Positions 1-13,650 are shown, numbered from the stretch's first letter. The stretch is DNA of 64,000 nt from Eledone cirrhosa (GCA_964016885.1 OZ024744.1:63488001-63552000); one strand, 5' to 3'. Made by a program: numbers and translations. The notes: generated by a model from the sequence alone, not told the origin.

Positions 1-368
1 TGTGGCCTGCCCATTCGACACGAGAGTGCAAGAAAAGGAGAGGGAGAAAATTAACCGATACCAGGACTTAAAGTGGGAGTTAAAAAGGATTTGGAACTGC
101 CATGAAGTCAAGGTCGTCCCGATTGTCATAGGCGCACTAGGTACTATCTCAAAGAGTTTCCAAGGATGGTTAAAGAAGATTAGTCCAGCCCCGCTTTTTG
201 GAACACTTCAAAAAGCATGCTTGCTGGGAACAGCAAGAACCCTCCGATACGTCCTGAATATCTGAGGCTGCAGGTAGCGGCTTGATATTCATTTCAACAA
301 ACTTTCCAGTTAAATAACATCAATCACTGAGACTCAAAGAACAATAATATAATAATAATAATAATAAT
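1..368 (+). mobile_element. R4/Dong-type non-LTR retrotransposon 3' fragment (REL endonuclease end) with (TAA)n tail
   Basis: ORF 2-265 has E-K..KY.DL..E and VVPIVIGALG motifs typical of R4/Dong restriction-like endonucleases; ends in (TAA)n; near-identical copy at 29042-29463. Confidence 0.85.
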
Positions 369-539
369 AGGCTAACAAAAGATATAAATAGACTGACATA
401 GTGACTCAGTCAAAAGTTAATGGCTATGGCAATGAAGAGGCAACTTCTACAAAAAGTATATTACATTATTAATAATAATTTCTTTCTCAGCGACGAAGAT
501 TAAGGAACCACTCATGATAATAACAATTTTAAAAAAACC

Positions 540-3500
540 AAAAAAACCCTGTGACCAAGAAATACCGGGATGGCGGCCAGCGGTGAATAGCTGTGTCTCT
601 AGGGGAGATCGACTCCTCTAGTGTTGGTTGACACTCGTCCTAGGAGTGGTAACACAAAATGATTACCCCTTGGCGGTTAAGGATAAAACACAACAAAATA
701 AAGCCAATGTCAAATGATAAAATCTCATACCGGATCAGCCGTCACCCGGGTAAAAAAGGGCTGCGTCCCTCAGAGAGGAACTAGACTGGGGTAAAAAAAT
801 CAGCTAATGGTTCAAACCTTCCCATCAATTCAGAGCTGGAGACCTCCCATAACCGGAATACTCCTACTGTTGGCCCTCCATGTTCACCACCAAGAAATCC
901 AAAGAAAAAGAGAGAAAAATAGTCAAGGGAAGACAATAAAGAAGTCCTTGAGGCTTTCTACACTGCTGTGTATTACCCATCAATAGATCAAATAGAGAAC
1001 AGACGTATATCAACTGGAAAAAGAAACATCCCAAAAACAGAGGCTATATTGACAGTAACAAACTAGCCAATATACGAAGAAATATTGTTAAGAAAAAGTT
1101 AATAGAAATTGATCAGATCAAGCACAAAGTCAGCGAAGGGAAAATGAAACATGTGTCAATGAGAACAAGGTAAATTGTAACACTTCGAATCCCAGGATTG
1201 GGGCGGAATCACTGACAGCAGAACAAATTAAAGAAAGGATAAAAAAAGTGGAAGGAGTGCATGCTCAAGATGAAACTCAAAATAAAAACAATGAGATCGT
1301 CAATGATAAAGAAATGAATGAGAATGAACTCGCCAACTTGAAAAATGAAATTATGATCGAATGGATGAAAATGAAAGAATCTGACATGGGGCAACGAGAC
1401 ACTCTCCCTAAGATCCAGAACTCCAAACAAAATCAAAGGATAATATACAACACTAACATAACTCTCAAAAACATTATCATCACAAATAAACTAAATATTA
1501 CTGATTTAAATCATCTCTATTATGCATCGGCTAAAGTCACCACTCACTTATGTGGAGTGAAAATGAAAAAACAAAGGAATCCCCACAAAAAAACCTACTT
1601 GGCAAGAGAACATCAATCGCCAAATAAACCTTCTTCGATCTGACATAGAAATTTTAGCAAGCTACAAAGTAGGCGAACATGTTAAACAAACTAAACTTAG
1701 AAAATTGAAAAGAAAATACAGTATAAAATCAACAAGTGACATAGACATGCTGATAGAAACAATCAAGCAAAAAGTGTCGGCCAAAGCTGCTCATATAAGG
1801 CGCTTTGAAAAACGATCTAGATTCTATAAGGACAATAATATGTTCAAAAACAACCAAAGAAACTTCTACAGAAAAATTGGCAAGTCAACAATAACTGCTA
1901 AATCAATACCACCCAAGGAGGAAGTGCAAGAATTCTGGGAAAAGATCTGGGCCGAAGAAAAAGTTCATAATATACATGCCCCATGGATATACAAATGAAA
2001 GATACAGCTCTCATTGAGGAACAAACATGGGAAAATATAACAGTTGAACATCTGCGTTTAGCTCTTAGAAAATCCAACAAATGGAAATCCCCAAGGAAAG
2101 ACAAAATACCAAATTTTTGGATAAATGCCTTCACAGAGTCTCATGAGCTGTTAGCCCAACTTTACAATGAAATGGTTAAGGAGTCAGAAAAGATACCATC
2201 ATGGCTAGTTAACGGCATTACATTCCTACTTCCGAAGAATGATGAGACAAACAATCCTAAAAATTACAGACCGATAACTTGCTTGACCACAATGTATAAC
2301 ATTTTAACATCAGTCCTAACTGAATATACATATGATCACCTGATAACAAATGATCTATTTCCCAATGAGCAGAAAGGGTGTAAACGAGGCTCATATGGCT
2401 GTAAGGATCAGCTTTTGGTTAACAAAATGATACTGGAAGATTGTCATAATAGACACAAAAATCTATCAATTGCTTGGATAGATTACAAAAAAGCATTCGA
2501 TAGTTTGCCACACAGTTGGATTGAAAAGTGTTTAGAGATTTGCAAAATATCTCCCGTTGTCAGGAGGTTCCTGTCATTCAGTATGAAGACATGGAAAACG
2601 ACACTCCTTTTGAATAGTGAAAAAAAATCACTGGAAGCTGGAGAAGTTAATATTAATTGTGGAATTTTTCAGGGTGACTCTTTATCACCGCTTTTATTCT
2701 GCATTGCACTTATACCATTAAGTAAAATGCTCAATGAAACAAAACATGGATATAAAGTCTATCACAAAACCATTCATCACTTGTTCTACATGGATGACCT
2801 GAAACTATTTACAAAAAATGATGAGCAATTGCAGGGGCTATTATCCACTGTGAAGCAGTTCAGTGATGATATTAAAATGGAGTTTGGACTAGACAAATGC
2901 GCCAAAGCCATGTTCACCAGAGGAAAGCTGCTGAGAAGTTCAGACATTAATCTTGATCGGAGGAATGTGATAAGAGAACTTGATCAAGAGGAAACTTACA
3001 AATATCTAGGTGTTTGTGAAGGAGACGAAATCAAGCACTCGACAATGAGGGAAAGGATAAGGAAGGAATGTTACCGCAGAGTAAGAGCAATCTTAAGAAC
3101 GGAATTGAATGCAAGGAATAGGATCGATGCCATAAAGACGCTTGCCATACCAGTAGTAACCTACAGTTTCAATGTCATCAACTGGTCAAGCACAGAGATC
3201 TGTAGGCTCGATACAAAAATTAGAAAATTCTTAACCATGCACAGAATGCATCACCCTAAGGCAGATACAGATAGAATATATCTCCCTAGGAAAGAAGGAG
3301 GACGTGGATTATTCCAGTTAGATATTGCTTTGAAAACTGCAACAATTGGATTATCTACATATCTAAGGGAATCACATGATTGGATGATCAAACTCGTTTT
3401 GAAACATGAAAGCATTAAAAGATCATACACAAGATGCACAAAGATACAGTAATGAACTACAAATTTCAGAAGTTCCATTTACTGCTGAAATGAAAAACAC

Positions 3501-4450
3501 TGAAAAAGCAAAGCAGGTAAAAGTAACTGCAAAGAAAGAACTGCTACAGAAACTGGCTAAGAAATGGCAAGAAAAGCCTCTGTATGGAAAATACCCAGAA
3601 AGAGCTAACAATCCTGATGTTGACAAAACTTTAACCCATCAGTGGCTGGTATCCTCTGGACTGACGGACTGATTATATCAGCACAAGATCAGTATCTGCC
3701 AACAAAAAATGATCAAGCCAACATAATAAAAAATGGATGCAACCCATTATGCCGTGTATGTAAAAAACAACCAGAGACCACTGATCATATAATTTCAATG
3801 TGCAGTCCTATAGCTCCAACCAAATACCTAAACAGGTACGACAGAGCTGTACAATACATACATTGGATAATGTGTAAGCATTTTGACCTGCCCCATCAAA
3901 AGAATTGGTGGGAGCATCAACCACCTCCCATACTTGAAAAAGTACTTGTGGAACTTTAGCATCCAAACAGACCGAAAAATAGACCTGATATAATACTGAA
4001 GGACTTTAAAAAGAGGGTATGCCTGCTGATTGATATGTTCATTCCAATAAACAAGATTGTATCTATAAAAACATTTGAAAAATTGAGCAAGTATAAAGAC
4101 CTGGAGATAGAAATTGGAAAAATGTGGAAGTTGAGAACTAAAACAATACCAGTGGTTGTAGGTGCTCTAGGAATGATATCTAAGGCGTCTAATGATTAGT
4201 TATCGCAAATCCTAGGAAACCAACGTATAAAAGAAATACAAAAGATAGTACTAATGGGAACTGCCCATATACTAAGGAAGATTCTGTCAATATAAGTACA
4301 TCACAAGTCTAAACACCTAAAGATGCATGTGTGTGTATGTATGTTCTTTCTTGAACATGGCGAACATGTCTCTTGAGGTCACTGGTTGTGACTTGGTGAT
4401 AGCTCATATGAACATAAAGCAAGATAAATGCAACTGTAATAATAATAATA
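540..4450 (+). mobile_element. Near full-length, frameshifted R4/Dong-type LINE (RT + CCHC + REL endonuclease)
   Basis: ORF 1983-3452 has NYRPITCL, WIDYKKAFDS, GIFQGDSLSPLLF, FYMDD and YKYLG; CRVC..ETTDHIISMC zinc knuckle at about 3750-3805; RPD and KYKDL..E motifs at about 3980-4110; (TAA)n tail at about 4437-4450. Confidence 0.9.
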
Positions 4451-4451
4451 G

Positions 4452-5460
4452 TAATGATAACAGAGGCCCTTACCACACTAGAAATAACAACAAAAAGCAT
4501 TGTAATTGCTGAAACCCTAACTGTCCACTCCAAGGCCACTGCCTGATTAAAAATGTAATCTACAAATGCACAGTGACCACCAGCAAGTCTTATTTAGGCG
4601 CCACTTCTAAAGAGTTCAAGACTAGATTTAGATCGCATCTCCACTCTTTTAGAAATAAGAAACTCAGGTTCTCTACCTCCCTTGCTAGTTTTATCACACA
4701 ATTAATGGAATCTAACATTAGCTATGCTACCCAATGGAATATAGTAGATCGAGCAACACCTTACAACTTGAGGAAGAATTGTCAGCTATGCCTAATGGAA
4801 ACTTATTATATAGTAAGCTCACCCCACACACTTATTAATAGTAGAGCTGAGACTGTAATGGATTGTAACCACAGACTACAACATTCATACTATAACTGGT
4901 CTCTGGACCAAGGGAAACTTTCAGTCTCGACAGCTGCCTACATTACACCACCATTAAGTACTTCCTATAATAGTTCAGCTTAAGTACAATATTTAATTAC
5001 GCTCTTAACTAGCCACCTAACATTTGCCTAAGCACTATCCAACACCTACTGAATTAAACCCACTCTGCCAAATCATCCCTTTAGTTGGTATGTATAATAT
5101 ATTCTAGGAGTGCTTTTCTACATTTTCACCGTACAGTTACCTCCCTTGGGGATTATGCCCCTTTCATAGTCGCCATTATTATTGTTTATGTGAATAGTAT
5201 ATCTACTGTGAATAGTTTCAACCATATTGGACGGTATATTTATTGACAGACATTATATTAACAAACACATTTCTCTGAAGAGCCTGCATTATTCTTTAAT
5301 GCAGGTGAAATAGTATGTAAGAATTGTATAAAGAACTTGTTATAATGGCTAGTAACTCCTTCATTTATTCACTTGCTTATATATATATATTTCTCTCTTT
5401 TTTTTCTCCAAAATGGCTGACTAAATACACACATGTTTTTCTCAAAAAATGTTTTTTTGC
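4452..5460 (+). mobile_element. 5'-truncated Penelope-like element (Naiad-like GIY-YIG end + 3' pLTR)
   Basis: HCNC..NCPL..CL linker then VIY..YLG..FKTR..H..SF and CQLC..E; hammerhead at 5271. Confidence 0.8.
5271..5323 (+). ncRNA. Minimal type I hammerhead ribozyme (PLE pLTR)
   Basis: TTCT-CTGAAGA-G-CCTGCATTA/TAATGCAGG-T-GAAA-..GTA-AGAA; stems I and II pair. Confidence 0.75.
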
Positions 5461-5464
5461 TGTT

Positions 5465-5625
5465 CTTTCTTCTTCTCAGTCTTTATCTTTCTATTGCATC
5501 TTGATGAAGTACTAGTGTCCAAAACATTATGCCACTTCTCCTACTATACAAAGTGTTAAACTAATATATTTCTTCAAAATACTGTGTCATTTGCTTTGTT
5601 GTTTCTCTTTACCGTTTGCACATAT
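5465..5625 (+). mobile_element. Decayed PLE 3' end, same family as 42950-43085 and 36320-36480
   Basis: TTGATGAAGTACTAGTGTCCAAAACATTA resembles CTGATGAAGGACTGGCGTCCGAAACGTTA at 42970. Confidence 0.55.
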
Positions 5626-5629
5626 GTGT

Positions 5630-5770
5630 GTGTATTAAAATAACAGGAGACTGGATTGGTGAAGTTCCCTTAAAGTTTTATTGTTGCAAAAACACTATAT
5701 ATATTCCAATGGCCTGGTTACATAAGAATCTGGCGACATCATCAGGTGAGTATTGCATAATTAGTTAATC
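5630..5770 (-). mobile_element. PLE 3' end with decayed hammerhead; related ends at 34195-34330 and 51317-51545
   Basis: Minus strand CAC-CTGATGA...GGAA-TATATATA-GTG; shared terminus AAAATAACAGGAG.CTGG.TGGTG. Confidence 0.55.
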
Positions 5771-6089
5771 AATAAAGGAATATATGTATATAAATACTTT
5801 GTTTTTGTATTTGTTTTGCAAAATTTTTTATGTGAAATCCTGTGTTGAAGCAGATTTTGTTATATTCTGCTAATAAAAACGCACACAACAGATATACATC
5901 TTTAACTGTAACTAATCCATTTCTCAGTGAAGTAACCAGATGGTTATTCAATAGACAAAGTTTTTTGTCACACATTCTGTAACCTTCTCAATCACTATTC
6001 TTGCTACTCTGTGTCTCCTCTCCATTTTGATTTTGTTTTATTTGCTCCAATCATTATATATATTAAATATACATATACATATATATATA

Positions 6090-6420
6090 TCATCATCATC
6101 ATCATCGTTTAACATCTATCTTTCACGCTAGCATGGGCTGGGTTAGATGAGAATTGTCCCACTTGAGGCAAGATTGATCAGGTGACCGTGTCTCCTACAC
6201 GACCACTTTACAGCGTGGACTAGATGCTTTTTGTCGTGTATATGATCTCTTTAGTGTGGACTGGATGTTCTGTGGTACCAACATAACTTTACAGAGAAAG
6301 GGTGGTGTGTGTGGGAGTGGGGGTAGTGGGTTGGGTTATATATTTGGTTAAGAGGTGCCGACTGACTGTAGGTTTAATTTTGTCCGTAGGGAAGGCAGGT
6401 CTTCTGTATTACTGCGTAGC
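6090..6420 (-). mobile_element. 3' UTR/tail of the PHD-bearing RTE family with (GAT)n tail
   Basis: (CAT)n-CGTTTAAC..CTAGCATGGG..CCCACTTGAGGCAAG matches tails following RT remnants at 16610-17228, 33510-34170 and 37895-38805. Confidence 0.75.
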
Positions 6421-6869
6421 GATATATATATATATATATAGTGTATATGTGTGTGTGCATGGTTAGCACATGTGTGCCTGTGTGTGCACTAGAGAGACAC
6501 ATCCAACACTTCATCCACTGAATGAGATTCTCCAGATATCATCAAATGAATTAAAACTTAAAATTAAGGTAGTAGAAAATCCAAGAATCTCCCTCCAATT
6601 CCTCATCAGTAGAATTTCACCATTTAAGAAAACCTCCTGTGTTGACAGCAATTGTATAGTCTGTAGGGCAAGCCCACAGATAAATTGTGCATAAGGTGCA
6701 CAGAGGGACAATGTAGAAACATGACCATGACATATATAGGAGAGATGGCTTGTAGTATAGGTGAAAAGATGATAAGAATTGGGGGGAACTAAAAAACTCA
6801 TCAGTACTTGGCCAAAATATTAAAATAAAATATTGTGCCCAACAGGAAAAAAAATCGTATTCGCTCATA

Positions 6870-7515
6870 GAACTCTTGGTTGTCCATCGTAAACGATGAT
6901 GACATCTTCTTCATTGTTGTTCCCGTCTGCCATGGTGCACGAAGGTAGCTGTGGAGGCCGATCCTTGACTTGCAGATCCGGGGACACCTGTTACCTCCAC
7001 CTGTTGCCCATCCTCACAGGGCTTTGGGAGTGCACGCTAAAGAAGAAACCTGTGCGGGAAAGATTTATAGTGGGAGAATCCAAAATCCGGTGGTACGGAG
7101 GACTGTCACGACCAAGGACTTCCTTGGCTGCAGTGGATGGCCATGACGTCTGTAGTGCCTTGCCGTGCCCTAGCACTCCACACCTCTTGCTGTCGCCGCC
7201 TTGGTGACCATTGGGACAATGTTGTCCTCCTCCACTCCACCGGGTCCAGTCTTCGCATGCAGGGGCAGGCATCCCCTATCTAACTCACGGGGGGGGGGGG
7301 TTTCAAACCCGTCCGGCTACCCTCAACCTGGTTCAGCCCACCAGCCAAGGTGGTTTACCGGGGTGTGGCCACTGTCACATGCTACAGCTTCTTGGGGCCA
7401 CAGGTGAGAGCTGAGTGTCAGGTGGGACCCAATTCAGGACGAACTGTCCTGAAAAGGGCATGGCTAGCCCCCCCCCCCTACAGAGGGACATGCCCCTCCC
7501 TGACACCCCAGGCAT
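6870..7515 (-). mobile_element. RTE (BovB-like) 5' UTR fragment
   Basis: GC-richer block with CAGCTCTCACCTGTGGC..GTGGCCACACCCCGG and CCATCCACTGCAGCCAAGG motifs that I recognise from RTE 5' regions. Confidence 0.55.
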
Positions 7516-7574
7516 ATACACACACATATACATACACATACATATGTACATGTGTATATACATATTTACACATT

Positions 7575-7770
7575 TTTGGATGGCCGTTGACTCTTATAAG
7601 TTCTTCCGCCCTTTGTCAGGTTTTGTTTTTTTTTCCTGCAGGGTATCCAAAATCACCCTCCTCACCAAGTAAACTTGGTGGGGTTGCCAGTTTAGTCACC
7701 GCCGACCCAACCATGCAACAGGTTGTACTGGTTTACATGTTACCAGTAGCACTCAAGAGTGACCTGACAT
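7575..7770 (-). mobile_element. RTE-derived non-autonomous element 5' part
   Basis: Reverse complement matches 8725-8885, 14545-14670 and 63822-64000 (GTGCTACTGGTAACATGTA..GGCAACCCCA..GGTGAGGAGGGTGA). Confidence 0.7.
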
Positions 7771-8345
7771 AACTCATAGAACTAACACAATGCTAAAATA
7801 GATTAAGGAAGCCATTCATATAAACCCAGCCTCAAGAGAAAGCAGGAACGAAATAGCAACAACTTGACAACCTAGTGCTGACGACTAAAACATTATAACA
7901 CATAGGATTAAATGCATGGGAATGCACAAGCATGCATAAACCCACCCTCTATAGAATGCAGGAAGAGTATAGCATTGTACAGCTGACCTCCGTAAAATTG
8001 AAATGACAATAGCCCGTCTGAGGAAGGAGCCCTGCGAGGCAGGGTGACTGTTGAAATGTGTGTCGTAGGCCATTGTGAGTGGAAATGCCTTTGTTATTCT
8101 GCGGGGCACAGCTGAAACACTACTCTAACTTAGGTGTAGTGTCTGTCACCCTCTCACCTTCCCCCTTTCTTTCATTGCCTAACAATCCTTGCCTTTTTCC
8201 TTCCTTTTCCTCTCATTTATAGCATTTATAGTCTTTCCCAATGCACCTTTTATTTTCTCTATGCTTGACTAAATATTAAATTCTTTAGTATTTTTATGTA
8301 ATTTTATCCTAGGAATATATTTGAGTATTTTGAAATAAAGTTTCA

Positions 8346-8557
8346 TTAACCCTTTAGCCTTTAAACCAGCCATATCCGGTCAGAATTGTCTCACCTATGT
8401 TCAAACTGACCGTAACTAGCCACTTTTACTGATGTTAAGGAATTGTTCTCAAAATAAATAGCATCAAAATCTCATAGATTTGATATTATGTGAGGTAAAG
8501 CCTTTGCCATTAAAATACAATAGTAAATATAGAGTAATGTAAATGATAAACAGTTAA
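8346..8557. mobile_element. piggyBac-like MITE
   Basis: TTAA-CCCTTTAGC ... decayed right TIR then TTAA; second copy at 31616-31844. Confidence 0.6.
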
Positions 8558-8724
8558 ACATAAAAAAAAAGTAAAAAGAACAGTAACTATCCAGTCACAG
8601 ATAAAAAAATGTATAACACATAAGAATGGGCGCACAGAGAGATATAGGGACAAACATAGAGATGTGAACAAGTACATACACATAAACATGCACATAGATA
8701 AGTAAAGATACACTAAAACATATG

Positions 8725-9195
8725 TATCTCGAGTGCTACTGGTAACATGTAACCCAGTACAACCTGTCTCATGGTCAGCTTGGTGAGGAGGGTGATATTT
8801 GGACACCCTGCGGGATGAAATACAAGACTCAGCAAAGGGCGGAGGAACTCGACAGAGGAACTCAGCAGAGCTAACGGCCATCCAAATAGTACTATTTTTT
8901 TTTTCACCTGGGAGTGAAAGGTCCCCAATTGTTGTCACAACACCTTTCTAAGAGAGGAAATCTCTGAAAAAAAAAAACCTGTGGCTTCGGAAGCATCCGA
9001 TGATATTGACCAGTTCTCATTTTTGAGTAGTGTTTTCGATGCTCAGAGAGTGGGATTGGTTGAGTGCAAAGCACAGGCATTGCTTGTTCAGGATCTGTTA
9101 CAGGTTCGTGTGGTAGGCAGTAACCTAAAAGTGCACCATTTTCTGTAATCTGTCAAGCTATTGCAATACTCTTAGCAGAGTTTTCAGCCATCATG
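8725..9195 (+). mobile_element. Bipartite (5' end + 3' end) RTE-derived non-autonomous element
   Basis: 5' module shared with 63822; ends GCAGAGTTTTCAGCCATCAT like the RTE end at about 12525-12542. Confidence 0.7.
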
Positions 9196-9239
9196 TATGT
9201 GTGTGTGTGTGTGTGTGTGTGCATGTATGCATGCAGCAT

Positions 9240-9690
9240 ATTTAACTTCAGGTGCTTTGCTGCAAAAACAAAAGTATTTATATCAATCATACCTCTTGTA
9301 TGCAGATGATTGTGATCTTGTAGCAAATACAGAGAGTGATATGCAGCACATTTTGAATGCATTTTCTGATGCTTGCACTGCCCTAGGTTTGACTGTCAGT
9401 CTCAAGAAAACTATCGTCATGTACCAACCTGCCAAATATCTATGTGTATGGTAAACGACTTGGAGTGGTTGATCAGTTTGTCTACCTGGGAAGCACTGTC
9501 AATCGATACAGCAATCTTGATGATAAATTCCACTCTGGATTAGGAATGCAAGTGATGCTTTCAGAAAGCTAGAACAACACCTCTGGGGTCGGCCAGTGAA
9601 TGTTTTGGTTGCCAACTCTGTGCAAGACATTTTAGCTCATTGGCTGGGCTAAAAAGCCACATTCGGTCTCAGCACCGTTAATTCTTATTG
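9240..9690 (+). mobile_element. Older RTE RT remnant
   Basis: LLYADDCDLV..SLKKT, YLG and GLKSHIRSQH motifs. Confidence 0.75.
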
Positions 9691-9899
9691 TGTGTGTATG
9701 TGTGTGTGTATATATGTATATATATATAGAGAGAGAGAGAATTTAGTATATCTACTAACATATGCGTACAGATGTACGCTAATGCTAGCAAATATATATT
9801 CCACTCTGGATTAGGAATGCAGCGGAATATATATATATATAATTTATTATTATTATTATTATTGTCGTTATTGTTATTATTATGTTGTTTTATTTTTTA

Positions 9900-12545
9900 T
9901 GAAAAACTAAGTTTCTACATATCTTTGAGAGAGGTCATCCATATGCAGACAAGATTGTCATCCTTGGTGATTTTAATGCACATGTTGGTAATGACTGGGA
10001 AGCTTGGCATGTGATGGGCAGGCATGGAGTAGGTAAGTGCAATAACAATGGCCTACTTCTGTTGCAGATGTGCACTGAGATGGATCTTGTTGTTGGGAAC
10101 ATGCTCTTTCAGCAGAAAGACAAATATAAGACAACTTGGATGCATGAAGTGGCACCTTATTGACTTTGTTTTAACGAGAAAATGTGATATCAGGGATATC
10201 ACGTTGGTTCGTGTATTGCGAGGCGCGGAATGCTGGACTGATCATCGTCTGGTGCGCGCCAAGTTTCAATTTGTTGTGAAGCCCAAAGTAAGGAGGAAGA
10301 AGGTTGCACTTCCAAAAAAACTAAACATGGCTCGTCTGAAAACAGAGAAAGTCAGAGCTGAGCTGTTGAGGTCCCTTGAGTCCATGGAATGGGAAAACAC
10401 TTGGGAATCATTGAAGAAAACCGTCTTCGCTCCGGGGACAGCAAGGAATTGCTCAGAGATCCAAAGGAAATCCTGATCAGGTGGCATGACCACTTTGATG
10501 AGCTTCTCAACAGACCATCGGGAATTGATGATGAGTTCATCCGGCCGATTCCATCCAGACCTACAAAGCTGGCAATGGCTGATCCTCCTTCATTTGATGA
10601 AGTGGCGAAGGCCATTGCCAAATTAAACAGCGGCAAGTCACCTGAAATGGATGGACTGAGTGCCGAGATTTTCAAGTGTGCTGGTGATAACTTCTTAAAC
10701 CGCCTCACTGATCTCTTTATGAATGTTTGGAGTGAAGAAGATGTGCCACAGGATTGGAAAGATGCATTGATGGTGGTACTTTACAAAGGAAAGGGAGCCA
10801 AAGATGACTGTGGCAACTACAGATGTATTTCACTGCTATCTGTGGCTGGGAAGATCTTGTGCAGGATATTGTTGGTCAGATTGATACAGCACATTGCTGT
10901 TGAGGTACTTCCTGAGTCCCATTGTGGCTTTAGGAATGGCAGAGGCACTGTTGACATGATCTTCTCAGCCAAACAACTTCAAGAGAAATGCATTGAGCAA
11001 CTCATGGACTTATACCAAGTTTTTGTCGATCTGACCAAGGCATTTGGCACCGTTAATCGGAAGGCTTTGTGGGTTATTTTGAAGAGATTGGGCTGTCCTG
11101 AAAAGTTTGTGAACATTCTGAAACTCTTCCACGATGACATGCAGGCATGGGTGAATGTTGGAGTTAAACTGTCAGAGCCAATCTCGGTTGAAAATGGTGT
11201 CAAGCAGGGTGATATACCTGCACCGACTTTGTTTGCCTTGTATTTCGCGATGGTGTTCTTCATAGCCTTCAGGGATTGTCAACATGGTATCTATCTCAGA
11301 TATAGCACTTCCGGCAGGCTGTTTAATCTTAGGCGTCTCACTGCCAACACTAAGGTACTGAGTACCTTGATCAGAGCATTTTTAGATGCAGATGATTGTG
11401 ATCTCTTTGCACACTCCCAGAGTGACATGCAACACTTATGGATTCTTTTTCCAATACGTGCAGTGCTTTGGGACTGACAATCAGTCTGAAGAAAACTGTC
11501 GTCATGTACCAACCTGCTCCATATAAAGTTTTCAATGAATCCTCCATACACGTATACGGTCAAAAGCTGAAGGCTGCTGACTCATTTGTGTATTTGGGGA
11601 GTACTCTGAGTGTGACCTGCTCTCTGGATGCAGAAGTTGGTCTACATGTTAGTAAGGCAAGTGAGTCATTTGGAAGGCTCAACGACCGTCTTTGGTGCAG
11701 GCGAGGAATCACAATGAGGACCAAGGTGAGAGTGTATACTGCATGTGTACTGTCAGCTTTGCTGTATGCATGTGAGACATGGGTTGCCTACAAACGGCAT
11801 ATCCACAGACTGGAACGGTTTCACCAGCAGTGTCTCGGAAAGATGCTCGGTATCAAGTGGCAGATGCATGTGAGTAATGTTGAGGTCCTTGAGAGAAGTG
11901 AGTGTCAGAGCATTGAGAGTATCATCCACCAACAGCGTTTGCAATGGACCGGACACCTCTGCAGAATGGAGGATGATCGAATCCCAAAACAACTTTTGTA
12001 TGGCGAGCTTTGTGAGGGTAAGAGACCACCTCACAAGCCAAAGCTCCGATTCAAGGATTGTGTAAAGGACTCGTTGAAAAAAACTGGTTTGATGATGGTT
12101 GACTGTGAGATAGAAGCTCTTGAAAGAGAAACTTGGCGTGGAATGGTGAATGATGGGGTCCATAATTTTGAGGACAGACGCATAGAGCACGAGAAGATCA
12201 AACGGGATGTGATAAGCAATGCCCTGGTGTATCTCTTGAAACGATCGGTGTCTCCATTGAATTGAAGTGCCCTGAGTGTGGAAAAATTTGCTTGAGCAAA
12301 TCTGGTCTCAGGAGCCACAGTCGCAGCTATGTTCAAAGAGAACCAGTGAAGTATGATCTCCACGGTGTTGTGAGGGTTCACAGGCAACTTGACGCAGGAC
12401 CTCAAGCCAGGGAGATCCATAGTTATCGTCAGTGTGTGAAGGAGTGCAAGTCTCTAGCAGGCTTGAAAAGCCATATCCGAGCGTCCCACATCTGAATCTG
12501 ACAAGCAATTGCAATATTCTTGGCAGAGTTTGCAGCCATCATATA
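9900..12545 (+). mobile_element. RTE (BovB-like) LINE, 5'-truncated and frameshifted: APE end, RT, C-terminal C2H2 fingers
   Basis: HLIDFVL..ECWTDHRLV (APE); GNYRCISLL, FVDLTKAF, GVKQG, DADDC, FVYLG, LLYACETW; CPECGK..HSRS and CVKEC..HIRASH. Confidence 0.9.
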
Positions 12546-12854
12546 TATATATATAATTTATTATTATTATTATTATTATTATTGTCGTTATTGTTATTAT
12601 TATGTTTTGTTTTTTTTCGTGCAATGGCCATACTCGATAATGAGGGGGCAGCCATCATGTATGTATTTATGTATGGTCCTGTAACTCCCGATAGAGTTGT
12701 AGGGTCACTGTATTGACATACAGCGTTTCTTGGGCATTTTAAACCTGGCAGAGCCCATCCCTCTCCAGGCCTGAGTAGAGCAGATTTCTTCCAGAGAAAG
12801 ATAGAAAGTGAGAGAGAGGAAATGGGGAATAGATATAGAGGAAGAATCCACCCC

Positions 12855-13005
12855 AGTATTAGACTGGTACTTTTTTTATTACCCCCGAAAGGATGAAAGG
12901 CAAAGTTGATCTCTGCGGGATTTGAACTCAGATAGCAGAGAGCTGGAACAAACGCCATAAAGCATTTTATCCGATGTTCTAACGACTCTGCCAATTTGCC
13001 CAGTG
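12855..13005 (-). mobile_element. tRNA-derived SINE with Meta domain
   Basis: Box A TGGCAGAGTCG, box B GTTCAAATCC, then GCCTTTCATCCTTTCGGGG..AAGTACCAG. Confidence 0.75.
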
Positions 13006-13420
13006 CATACAGAAATACAAATATACCACACATGCAGATATTGATAAACACATACAGTCACACCAAACAAAAAACTTTGGGGAGAAACAAAATATAAAGA
13101 CACAGAGACACATACATGCATACACATGTTAAACAAAGAAACTTACAGAAATATCAGCATACAAAGACACATACACATGCAGACCTCAAAATGTAAATAA
13201 AAGAAAAATCAAAATGTAGAGGAGACAGAATAGTCATTGAGAAGGTTACAGAATGTGTGACAAAAGAGCTTTGACAATTAAACAAGGAATGGATTAGTTA
13301 TCTGACTAATACTTTACTACATGATGTATATCTGTACCTTTCCCTTATATATACAATGTGTATACAGGATATCTGTATATAAAGGCCAAGGAAAACAATG
13401 TTCAATCTAGTACAAGAGAG

Positions 13421-13650
13421 CTTATTTAGTTTATGTTAAATTTCATACACGTAACATGTATGTGTGACCTTAGGTTTCATGTTCCAGTTATTGTGGAGGA
13501 GCCATTAAAAAACTGGACAAAATTTTAAAGAGTGAGGCCAGTTTTAGAACGGCTCCTCCACTATACAGTGGTGGTCATGACTGGATCTCAAAACCTAAGG
13601 TGGTACATACATGTTAAGTGTATGAAATTTAATATAAACTAAGTGGATAT
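13421..13650. repeat. Diverged fold-back element with hammerhead remnant
   Basis: Arms 13421-13516 and 13538-13650 are inverted; left arm minus strand reads AACTGG..GAAA-CCTAAGG-TC. Confidence 0.7.

Noticed and set aside
725-765. Twister-like CCGG..CCCGGGTAAA..AGGG in the Dong 5' region
   Set aside because: The 5' UAA/pseudoknot partners are not recognisable
12930-13005. tRNA genes (also 27465, 31880, 32395)
   Set aside because: Box A/B are present, but they continue into SINE core domains without a clean cloverleaf
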